A stretch of 17,575 nucleotides of DNA, taken from the NCBI RefSeq assembly GCF_006345805.1, contig NW_021824775.1:1-17575 (forward strand). The letters are read 5' to 3'. The translations under genes and the position numbers were made by a program. The notes below the pieces were generated by a model. The model worked only from the letters and a program-made list of their open reading frames with translations. It searched no databases and had not been told where the DNA came from. This DNA is from Octopus sinensis. Its lineage: Eukaryota. Shown here one piece after another: positions 7,850-17,418 of the stretch (position 1 is its first letter; every line of letters starts with the position of its first letter).

Positions 7850-8160
7850 TAAAAACGCAATAGAGGACAATAAAACATTGGGACAGATAGACGATTCAAA
7901 GGCGAACAAGAGAAACAGCAATTAGAAGGACAAGAGGAAAAAAGGGCGGGTCATTCGTGGCATTCTTTCTGCAGTGAAGTTACCAGATGTCCTTACTGTT
8001 ACACTTGAGACAGTTCGATCTGGTTGCCCCCCAAAAAAGTCTAAGCTAAGAGCATTAGATTTTTTGTAAGAAATCTAGCGAATGTGTACGGCAACAAAGA
8101 CAAAAATGAAAAAAGGAGAACATGGTACACAATTACAAATACAAACAAGAAGAATATAAC
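7850..8160 (-). mobile_element. Unclassified dispersed repeat X, copy 2 (diverged)
   Basis: CGGGTCATTCG (near 7947), CTAAGCTAAGAGCATTAGATT (8041-8061) and AGCGAATGTGTAC match the reverse complement of 2300-2700. Confidence 0.7.
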
Positions 8161-8175
8161 AACATATATATATAT

Positions 8176-8480
8176 CAATCAAAATACAGGACCAGATACT
8201 GCAACAGCTTGGGCTTCAAGGACCCACGGCTCTTTAATATCCCTCCAAAATGCCTGAGAGACCTCCATGGTGTGGATGTAAGTGTCTTTAAAACAAAACT
8301 GGACGCCTTCCTGTCAAGGGTTCCAGACGAGCCTGCCTCACGGCAGGAAGCACAGATGAGGGCAGACGCATCAAACTCCCTCATTGACCAAATGCCATAA
8401 ATCAGAGGAGGTTTCAAATACTGGTGTAGGTCAGTCAACGGTGGTGCCCCAGCATGACCGCAGCTTTGAAGCTGAAGCAT
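8176..8480 (+). mobile_element. LINE 3' end (CR1/L2-group ORF2 C-terminus plus 3'UTR), 5'-truncated
   Basis: RYCNSLGFKDPRLFNIPPKCLRDLHGVDVSVFKTKLDAFLSRVPDEP…ASNSLIDQMP* fits the RLFN.LP…FK..LD.FL…PD.P…SNSL pattern. The 3'UTR ends in a stem-loop similar to the SINE family 1 tail. Confidence 0.8.
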
Positions 8481-8508
8481 TTTTAAATAGTTTAAATAGT
8501 CTGAAATA

Positions 8509-8555
<47 letters not shown>

Positions 8556-8641
8556 TGAGTGCGTATGATATTTGAGGACAGATTTATGCTTATAAAAAAA
8601 AAACAAATATATTATAACAGATAACTTTATTTCTTTTTCTA

Positions 8642-8788
8642 TTCTAGGTACAAGGCTCGAAGTTTTTGGGGGTGGGGACACGTCGATTTGATCAACCCCA
8701 GTACGCAACTGGTACATATTTTATCGACCCAGAAAGGATGAAAGGCAAAGTCGACCTCGGCGGAATTTGATTTCAAAACGTAACGGCA
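8642..8788 (-). mobile_element. SINE family 2 (tRNA head plus Meta/MESC-like central domain), headless fragment
   Basis: AGGATGAAAGGCAAAGTCGACCTCGGCGGAATTTG and CCCCAGTACGCAACTGGTAC match the array units at 15278-16506. Confidence 0.9.
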
Positions 8789-8895
8789 ACATCATAACAA
8801 TTAGACTGGGAAATTATAATATTATAAGCCGATTTTAAGATTTTTTTACTATCTTGTTAAAAAATGCATATTTGGCGAATGAAAATAAACTAGAT

Positions 8896-8978
8896 CCCAA
8901 GTGTCTTCTACTATGGCATCGGGCCGACCAAAGCCTTGGGAGTGGTTTTGGTGGACGGAAACTGAAAGAAGCCTGTCG

Positions 8979-8982
<4 letters not shown>
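8896..8982 (+). mobile_element. SINE family 1 fragment (CORE-like region up to the central microsatellite)
   Basis: CAAGTGTCTTCTACTATG…GGGCCGACCAAAGCCTTG…GACGGAAACTGAAAGAAGCCTGTCGTATA matches 9820-9905. Confidence 0.85.
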
Positions 8983-9022
<40 letters not shown>

Positions 9023-9378
9023 CGTTTTGGATTTGGTTTGCAAGATTCTTTATATGAGTTCGTGTGTTGAAGCATATTCTGTTGTGAACATGCTTGTGTA
9101 CACATGCATACATACATACACACATACATACGTACATGCATGCATGCATAGACCACACACACACACACACACACACACACTGACCCACACACATGCGCAC
9201 AAACAAGCAAAAAGTAACGCAGTGTGAATAACGGACAGAGTGAAGACTATTGAAAAGGTTGCAAGGCGCAACGAAAATTTTAGGAAAATAAAAATAAGAA
9301 ATAAAGTAACACACACCAGTGTGTGTGTTACTTTATAAGGCACAAAAAGAAAATGACTCTCCCCAGACACAACAGTAT

Positions 9379-9423
<45 letters not shown>

Positions 9424-9428
9424 CACCC

Positions 9429-9721
9429 CACCGTGACCGACCAGGCTATCAGATGTTACTACACATCGCTAGTCACAATGCGCTTCGCATTGTTTTAGTC
9501 TTCATATGACGCCACCCCGCTGGGTAAGCGAGCAGGCCAACAGAAGAAAGAGTGAGAGGAAGTTGCGGCGAAAGAGTACAGCAGGGATCGCCACCACCCC
9601 CTGCCGGAGCCTTGTGGAGCTTTTTATGTGTTTTCGCTCAATAAACACTCACAATGCCCGGTCAGGGAATCGAAACCGCGATCCTACAACCGTGAGTCCG
9701 CTGCCCTAACCACTGGGCCAT
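9429..9721 (-). mobile_element. SINE family 3, full length, tRNA-derived (likely one of the octopus OR-type SINEs)
   Basis: Minus-strand A box TGGCCCAGTGG (9720-9710) and B box GGTTTCGATTCC (9677-9666), followed by about 240 nt of non-tRNA body. Confidence 0.8.
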
Positions 9722-9747
9722 ACATACATACATATATATATATATAT

Positions 9748-10145
9748 GTGGCTGTGTGGTAAGTAGCTTGCTAACCAACCACATGGTTCCGGGTTCAGTC
9801 CCACTGCGTGGCATCTTGGGCAAGTGTCTTCTGCTATAGCCCCGGGCCGACCAATGCCTTGTGATTGGATTTGGTAAACGGAAACTGAAAGAAGCCTGTC
9901 GTATATATGTATATATATGTATGTATGCATGTGTGTGTTTGTGTGTCTATGTTTGTCCCCCAGCATTGCTTGACAACCGATGCTGGTGTGTTTACGTCCC
10001 CGTCACTTAGCGGTTTGGCAAAAGAGACCCACAGAATAAGTACTGGGCTTACAAAGAATAAGTCCCGGGGTCGATTAGCTTGACTAAAGGCGGTGCTCCA
10101 GCATGGCCGCAGTCAAATGACTGAAACAAGTAAAAGAGAAAGAGA
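9748..10145 (+). mobile_element. SINE family 1, near full length: tRNA head, CORE-like motif, internal microsatellite, tail
   Basis: A box TGGCTGTGTGG, B box GGTTCAGTCCC, CTTGGGCAAG, central TA/TG tract, 3' hairpin CAGTC-AAAT-GACTG, AG-rich end. Confidence 0.92.
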
Positions 10146-10151
10146 GAAAAG

Positions 10152-10200
<49 letters not shown>

Positions 10201-10325
10201 TTATATATATATATATATATGTGTGTATATAAATATATATATATATATAATATGTATGTATATACATATATATAGATGTATGTATGTATATGCATATGTA
10301 TATATATTTGTATGTGTGTGTGTAT
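10146..10325. repeat. (TA)n/(TATG)n microsatellite
   Basis: Directly visible. Confidence 0.95.
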
Positions 10326-10562
10326 GTGGTGCCTTTCAGTATTCATTTAAGTAGGTACTTTTTGTGTTTTATCATGTGGAGACTTGAGGCTGAGCGCTAA
10401 CCCAAGTGGCAACACTCATTCGTGTCACTTGAGGGGGTTGTAGATATCTGAATCATCCGATATATAGATCTATGTATAAATCTATTGTTGTGCTCGGGGA
10501 TGGTCATTATTTGCCAATTAAACCCACGCAGCACGTATCTGATCGTCACTTCAGTTTCATCA

Positions 10563-10850
10563 TGACCTCCGCCTCAGCGAAGGCGGAGGTATTGTTTTCA
10601 GTCGCGTTTGTTTGTCCGTGGACAAGCATTCTCAAGAACCGCAGGATGGATTCGGATGAAACTTTCAGGGTTGCTTGGCCTCGTGACTGGCAGGTTTTGG
10701 GATAGATCCGGTAGCGGACAAGGATTCTGGATTATTTTTCCTGTTTTTTTTTGTTTTTTTTGTTTTTTTTACTTAACTTTTAAGAGTGGTCGGGTTCATT
10801 TTTACTATTCTCGTTTGTGAGAGCAGTCAAGTTTATTTCAGATATTCTCA
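10563..10850 (+). mobile_element. Probable Helentron-associated non-autonomous element (right boundary uncertain)
   Basis: Perfect 9-bp palindrome ACCTCCGCC-N8-GGCGGAGGT (10565-10590) followed by ATTGTTTTCAGTCGCGTTTGTTTGTCCGT, the layout I recall for HINE/DINE-1-like ends. Confidence 0.55.
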
Positions 10851-10876
10851 TTTTAAAAATAATGTAAATAATTACT

Positions 10877-11015
10877 ATTAAGGTCAACAATTTCAAGGAA
10901 GGGCTTAAGTCGATTACATCGACCCCAGTATTCAGTTGGTACTTATTATATCGACCCTGAAAACAAAAAGGCAATGTCGACCGCAAAAGAGTTTGAACTC
11001 AGAACGTCAAGACGC
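10877..11015 (-). mobile_element. SINE family 2, diverged headless fragment
   Basis: TAAGTCGATTACATCGACCCCAGT…GGTACTTAT…ATCGACCC…GTCGACC…TTTGAACTCAGAACGT. Confidence 0.85.
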
Positions 11016-11839
11016 ATATCCTTCAAAAGGCTGTGTTATAAACACTATTCCACATATACAAAATAAAAACAGCCACACCAACAATCCAGCATACCTCCAT
11101 CATCAGCTGCCCTACGAATATCATTATGGTTTCGACACCTGGGCAGTACCATTCAATCGTGAGAGTTAGTGATTTAGTTGTTGATCCACAACCAACTGCT
11201 TTGACCATTAATGTTGCTGTCACCCTCGAACTTTCTGCTAACATATTCACAGATGGCTTTCTGCAGCTTTGAATTCATCCAAAATCTGATGTTATATTGC
11301 GACAGAGTGTTGCACCTTCCTTGAAATACAACATAGCATCAGTGCATAACAGCAGAAGGCTGATATGCCGTCTCTTGTCTTCCCATAGTGGCTAAAATGC
11401 GTTGAATATATAGTAATTTTTATTTTTGGCTAGAAAAAGCGCGCTAAAATATGAAATTGCTGTTAGATCCTGTTCCACGCGAAGTCTTGACTGGCCAGAT
11501 GTTATAATGACGTCGGTAGTACTTAAGCGAATCGCGATCGCATACTTAAGTTGTTTTTTTTCATCGGACATATGGACACGGCTTCGATTTCTACGCTTGT
11601 CGTTAAATTTTACAGCTGCATATATATTCTCGTATATATCGTCACATGTCTAGACATGCGCATATGTACTCAACTGCTAAACTTTTGGAAAGTTTTACAA
11701 ATTTTGACAGTTCTATTGAAAGTTTGTATCTCTAATCTTCTAATAAGCTTTCTCCTTTCTGGTTTTGAGAAGCCTAATTTCTCAAGATCGATGATGAGAT
11801 GCTTTGTTACATATCCTAGTGGCCCAATAATTACTGGTA

Positions 11840-12500
11840 TGATGTATGTATCTATGTATGTATGTCAGTATATTCATATACATTATACTACACTATATAT
11901 GCACACACATTCATATATTGTATACATACATACACACGCATGTATGTAAGAATATATATATATGTTGTGCGTTTTTGTATGTATGTATGCATGTATGTAT
12001 GTACGTATTATGTATGTATGTATGTATGTATGCATGAATGCATGTATGTTTGTATGTATGTATGTATGAATGTATGTATGTGTGTATGTATATGTATGTA
12101 TGTATGTATGTATGCATGTATGTATGTACGTATTATGTATGTGTGTATGTATATGTATGTATGTATATATAAGGTTGTCCCAAAAGTTCGTAAACACTTG
12201 CGAAAATTTGAATTTTTATGCAATTTTTGTTGTTTTTGTTTACGATCTTTTGGGACAACCTAATATATGTATGTTTGAATGTATGTTCCTATGTATGTAT
12301 GTTCGTATGTATGTATGTATGTATGTATGTATGTATGTATGTATGTATGAATGTATATAAATATATATATGTATGTATGTATGTATGTATGAATATACGT
12401 ATGAATGTATGTATGTCTGAATGCATGTACGTATGCATATGTATGTATATATGTATGTATGTATGTATGGATTGATGGATGGATGTATACAAATATGCAT
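11840..12500. repeat. Compound (TATG)n microsatellite interrupted by a MITE
   Basis: Directly visible. Confidence 0.95.
12170..12263. mobile_element. 94-bp Tc1/mariner-type MITE
   Basis: 26-bp TIRs TAAGGTTGTCCCAAAAGTTCGTAAAC (12170-12195) and the reverse complement of 12238-12263 match at 24/26. TA dinucleotide on both sides (12168-69, 12264-65). Confidence 0.88.
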
Positions 12501-13084
12501 GTATTATTATTACTTTTATTTTTGCTTTTCTTTGAGTTTTATTTAATTTTTATGCAGAATTACAACCGATGAGAAACAAAATACTTTTGTTTAAGTGAAG
12601 AGTTCCGGGATTTTGTGGACGTGTGGGCGAGTTGGTGTTGATGTCTGCGTATAAGATGATGCACGTGTGGTTGTATATGCAATCATGTACAATGGTTGCA
12701 CAAGTGTCTTTCGTACACAAATTGTAAATTCTCTTACTTGTTATGGATCTGTGCAAGTGCCTGTATATGCCACAGACACTGCAAATTGTGTATATATATG
12801 TTCTACGCTAGATTCCAGTCGGCTGAGGTGGTGCGGTTTTTATGGCGAGCTCTCTTCTGGGAAATGAAAACCGCGAGGAAAAAACAAACGGTATAAAGAA
12901 TTGCCAAAAAACAAAACAGAAATATAGCCGTCTTGATGAGTGTAATTGAATGCTCCTGGCGGAATGAAATGGCGAAAAAAGGATCTGGTCTGGGGGAAAA
13001 GATTTTGAGACATAGAAACAACAGCATGTAAAGTTGAAAAGAGGACGACATCATCTAAGTGTCACAGGCATGCGCGCAAAGAGA

Positions 13085-13545
<461 letters not shown>

Positions 13546-13571
13546 TATACAAATATCTACATATAGTGTCA

Positions 13572-13644
13572 CCTTTCCAGTTGCTCAACGTGTGCTAAAA
13601 CTTGGTTCTGTGAGGCTGGTTTAACTTCACAACTCAGAACTCAT
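13572..13644 (+). pseudogene. Degenerate C2H2 zinc finger resembling the C-terminus of RTE LINE ORFs
   Basis: 13582-13644 reads CSTCAKTWFCEAGLTSQLRTH: CxxC-x12-(Q for H)-x3-H with GLxSxxRxH. No TGEKP linker or flanking fingers. Confidence 0.45.
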
Positions 13645-13706
13645 CTTTATACAGTTAGCCCAAATGACACAAAAGATAATTCTAGCAAATCTGCCCATAC
13701 GTTATA

Positions 13707-14105
13707 TCTTTATATATAAAAGAGAAGTTGTGTGTCTGTCTCCTACGATTTAGATTCCTAACTACTCCCACATTTTGCGGTGCAGTTTAACCAAAACCGA
13801 ATATCTTATAGTCGTGATTCATATCGAGCCCGTCTGGCTATTAGCGCGCGTCTACGATGAGTCTACGATTTTAAAAAAAATTTACCATCATTTTTTCCAC
13901 TTTAATGCATTTTTTCGCTATTATATAAGGGAAGTAACTCTCTAAAAATGTCTACGATGATTCAACGATTAAAAAAAAAATTTACCATCATTTTTTTCCA
14001 TTTTTAATGCATTTTTTTTTTGCTATTTTTTGGCTATAACTCTCTTAAAATGCTTATATAGTTATTTCCCTTACAAACCCGAGCAACGCCGGGCGATACT
14101 GCTAG
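13707..14105 (+). mobile_element. Non-autonomous Helitron with an internal tandem duplication
   Basis: A|TC start (13706|13707), 3' hairpin at 14078-14093, CTAG|T end (14102-14105|14106). The GTCTACGATG…TTTACCATCATTTTTT…AATGCATTTTT block occurs twice (about 13850 and 13949). Confidence 0.88.
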
Positions 14106-14454
14106 TTCTCAATAAGACATATAGGTCCCTGCACTGGTCCAAAAAAGGCATTAAGATATCCATAAATCTTACATGACAAACAGAACCGTTTCCTTTCGAG
14201 GTTGAGTCACATTTGCATTGCTTGTACTGCAAATTTCAAACAGCCCTCGGGACTTCAAAGCCACTAACGTGCTCCTGTACGAAAGAGGAACCTCTATAAA
14301 GAAGTGGTCAAACTTTGAATAGGAAAAGACTACGTCTCTACCATAGGCACACGCAGTTGTTGCGCATATGGTCTTTCCAGGAAAATTAAATCCTGAATTC
14401 TTGGAATGTTCTACAACTATACTAATGTATGTACGTTTGTATGTTTGTGATGTG

Positions 14455-14459
<5 letters not shown>

Positions 14460-14492
<33 letters not shown>
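14460..14492. repeat. (GA)n microsatellite
   Basis: Directly visible. Confidence 0.9.
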
Positions 14493-14498
<6 letters not shown>

Positions 14499-14814
14499 GG
14501 ACCAGTCAGAGGACGAAGTTTATTACTGGGTCAAACCTCAGCAATAGGACGCTGGATGCCCCCACAACAAAACAAATCCCTCTAAATGTTGGCCCACCAT
14601 GTCCAACACCGACAGGTACCAATTAAATCATGAGACAGAAATTGTCCAGGGAAGAGAATAAAGAGGTTATTATGACTTATTATACTTTCAAGTACCATCT
14701 ATCAGGGGCTTCAAACACCGAGCAAACGCGCCGAATTTTGAGAGAAAGGCAGAAGAACCCTAACATGAGGCTGGACATAGACAGCAACAAATTTGCAAAT
14801 GTACGAAGAAATAT

Positions 14815-15012
14815 TGGTTTAACATTTTGGCACAAAGCCAGCAGTTTCAGGTGGCAGAGATACCAGTCGGTTACATCGGTTCCAGTGCTCAACTGGTACT
14901 TATTTTATCGACCCCGAAAGAAATGAAAGGCAAAGCTGACCCCAGCTGAGTTTGAACTCATAACGTAAAGACGGTTGAAATGCCGCCAAGAACTCTCCCA
15001 GCTCGCTGCCTT
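14815..15012 (-). mobile_element. SINE family 2, old monomer with 18-bp target-site duplication
   Basis: AAATGTACGAAGAAATAT (14797-14814) vs AAATGTATGAAGATATAT (15013-15030), 16/18. Removing the insert rejoins the R4/Dong-like peptide. Confidence 0.85.
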
Positions 15013-15282
15013 AAATGTATGAAGATATATCAAAAACGGAGAGTGTTGTCCTGACATTGAAATTGACCGAGTAAAAGAAAATGTCCAGTCAGATTTGAGA
15101 AACAACCCAGGGAATACAACAGACAAAACTTATGTCGGATCCAAAGCAACAAAAAAAACATTACAAGAGTAAGAAAATATGAGGCACATAACTAGAAGCA
15201 ACCTAAAATGAAGTCTCTGGGGATGAAACAATTGCAGACGAACATAGTAACAATATTGCCAACATTTTAACGGAAATAAATA

Positions 15283-16509
15283 CCTATTTCTTTACTACCC
15301 ACAAGGGGCTAAACACAGAGAGGACAAACAAGGACAGACAAAGGGATTAAGTCGATTATATCGACCCCAGTGCGTAAACTGGTACTTATTTAATCGACCC
15401 CGAAAGGATGAAAGGACAAGTCGACCTCGGCGAATTGAACTCAGAACGTAAAGGCAGACGAAATACTTATTTCTTTACTACTTACTACCCCAAGGGGCTA
15501 AACACAGAGAGGACAAACAAGACAGACAAACGGATTAAGTCGATTATATCGATCCCAGTGCGTAACTCGTACTTATTTAATCGACCCCGAAAGGATGAAA
15601 GGCAAAGTCGACCTCGGCGGAATTTGAACTCAGAACGTAACGTCAGATGAAATACCTATTTCTTTACTACCCACAAGGGGCTAAACACAGAGAGGACAAA
15701 CAAGGACAGACAAACGGATTAAGTCGATTATATCGACCCCAGTGCGTAACTGGTACTTATTTAATCGACCCCGAAAGGATGAAAGGCAAAGTCGACCTCG
15801 GCGGAACTGAACTCAGAACGTAACGGCAGACTAAATACCTATTTCTTTACTACCCACAAGGGGCTAAAAACAGAGAGGACAAACAAGGGCAGACAAACGA
15901 ATTAAGTCGATTATATCGACCCCAGTGTGTAACTGGTACTTATTTAATCGACCCCGAAAGGATGAAAGGCAAAGTCGACCTCGGCGGAACTGAACTCAGA
16001 ACGTAACGGCAGACTAAATACCTATTTCTTTACTACCCACAGGGGGCTAAACACAGAGAGGACAAACAAGGACAGACAAACGGATTAAGTCGATTATATC
16101 GACCCCAGTGCGTAACTGGTACTTATTTAATCGACCCCGAAAGGATGAAAGGCAGAGTCGACCTCGGCGGAATTTGAACTCAGAACGTAAAGACGGACAA
16201 AATACGGCTACGCATTTCGCCCGGCGTGCTACCGATTCTGCCAGTTCGCCGCCTTAATAACAGAAATAAATAACTATTTATTTATTACCCACAAGGGGCT
16301 AAACATAGAGTGGACAAACAAGGACAGACATAGGTATTAAGTCGATTACATCGACCCCAGTGCGTAACTCGTACTTATTTAATCGACCCCGAAAGGATGA
16401 AAGGCAAAGTCGACCTCAGCGGAATTGAACTCAGAACGTAAAGACAGACAAAATACGGCTACGCATTTCGCCCGGCGTGCTACCGATTCTGCCAGTTCGC
16501 CGCCTTAAA
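15283..16509 (-). repeat. Head-to-tail SINE family 2 multimer: five 183-189-bp units (AAATAC at 15278, 15461, 15650, 15833, 16016) capped by a tRNA head (16200-16255), then one more full copy (about 16273-16506)
   Basis: Units read directly. Flanked by identical AACGGAAATAAATA at 15269-15282 and 16510-16523, with a near-copy at 16259-16272. Confidence 0.95.
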
Positions 16510-16892
16510 AACGGAAATAAATAACGTTGATAACAAGACGATTGATCTGAGAGAACCTGAAGTGCAGGTAATCGCTGAACGGATCAAAGTCCACAAAAGA
16601 ACGGGGTGACCTGCCTAAGATCCGTGTTGTTAGAAAAAAAAAATTACAATGTAATCTTCCGGGTGAACACGACTGTTAAAACCTTTCTTAAATGAAAATG
16701 AACTTTACATAACGACATTGAATGAATTACTTCATGCCGCCGCTGCGAGATGCGCGGCGCAAAACTTGAAAAATAAAATGGAAAAAATCATCATGAAAGA
16801 CCAACGAGGGAAGATAAGCCCCAAAAAAACAAAATCGATTCTCTCTGATTTGATATAGAAATACTGAAAAACTTGAGCTGTAATCATAATAT

Positions 16893-17294
16893 CCTTTCTA
16901 CAATAGGCACAAGGCCTGTAATTTGGTGTGGCGGAGGGGTATAGTCGATTACATCGGTTCCAATACTCAACTGGTAATTATTTTATCGACTGCGAAAAGA
17001 TAAAGGGTGAAGCCGACCCCGGCAGAATTTGAACTCAGAACGTAAAGACAGGCGAAATACTTGTTTCTTTGCTACCCACAAGGGGCTAAACACAGAGGGG
17101 ACAAACAAGGACATACAAACGGATTAAGTCGATTACATCGACCCCAGTGCATAACTAGTACTTAATTTATCGACCCCGAAAGGATGAAAGGCAAAGTCGA
17201 CCTCGGCGGAATTTGAACTCAGAACATACAGACAGACGAAATACCACAAAGCATTTCGCCCAGCGTGCAAACGATTCTGCCAACTCGCCGCCTT
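16893..17294 (-). mobile_element. Chimeric SINE family 2 dimer: headless unit with one tail type (16893-17060) joined to a full copy with the array-type tail (17055-17294)
   Basis: Junction CAGGCGAAATAC|TTGTTTCTTTGCTACCCACAAGGGG at 17055-17060. The left tail (…ATAGGCACAAGGCC…) resembles those at 8642 and 14826. Confidence 0.88.
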
Positions 17295-17352
17295 AAGCTA
17301 TAGCCATGTTATGTAACCATCCTAGGAGAGAAGAATAATCTTTTCTGCTCTA

Positions 17353-17418
17353 GGCGAAGTCGACCTCGGCGGAATTTGAACTCAGAACGTAACGGCAGAC
17401 GAAATACCTATTTCTTTA
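17353..17418 (-). mobile_element. Short SINE family 2 fragment spanning the multimer junction
   Basis: AAGTCGACCTCGGCGGAATTTGAACTCAGAACGTAACGGCAGACGAAATAC|CTATTTCTTTA. Confidence 0.88.

Noticed and set aside
9660-9721. Genuine tRNA gene
   Set aside because: A and B boxes are present, but there is no acceptor stem or terminator, and it continues into a SINE body. The same applies to the family 1 and 2 heads.
11060-11400. Possible exon or pseudogene (HYR-like ISCPTNIIMVSTPGQ on +; stop-interrupted frames on -; CTGATGA at 11106-11100)
   Set aside because: No consistent frame with splice sites, no family I recognise, and no GAAA partner for a ribozyme. A blastx search would be needed.
12830-13082. 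Candidate promoter (AAATGGCG YY1-like motif, CATGCGCGC)
   Set aside because: Only short scattered motifs with no supporting architecture; cannot be separated from chance or an unrecognised repeat.
13582-13644. Host C2H2 zinc-finger gene (a family expanded in octopus)
   Set aside because: Single finger with the first His replaced, no linker or neighbouring fingers. The sequence pattern fits an RTE LINE tail better.
15278-16506. CRISPR-like array
   Set aside because: Units are contiguous 183-bp SINE bodies with no unique spacers, there are no cas genes, and the context is eukaryotic.
15278-16506. Retrozyme (hammerhead) explanation for the tandem units
   Set aside because: No CTGANGA core with a matching GAAA…NTH on either strand of the unit.
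16876-16887. TSD for the 16893-17294 dimer (AGCTGTAATCAT vs AGCTATAGCCAT after 17294)
   Set aside because: Only 9/12 identity, and the flanking LINE peptide is discontinuous across the insertion.
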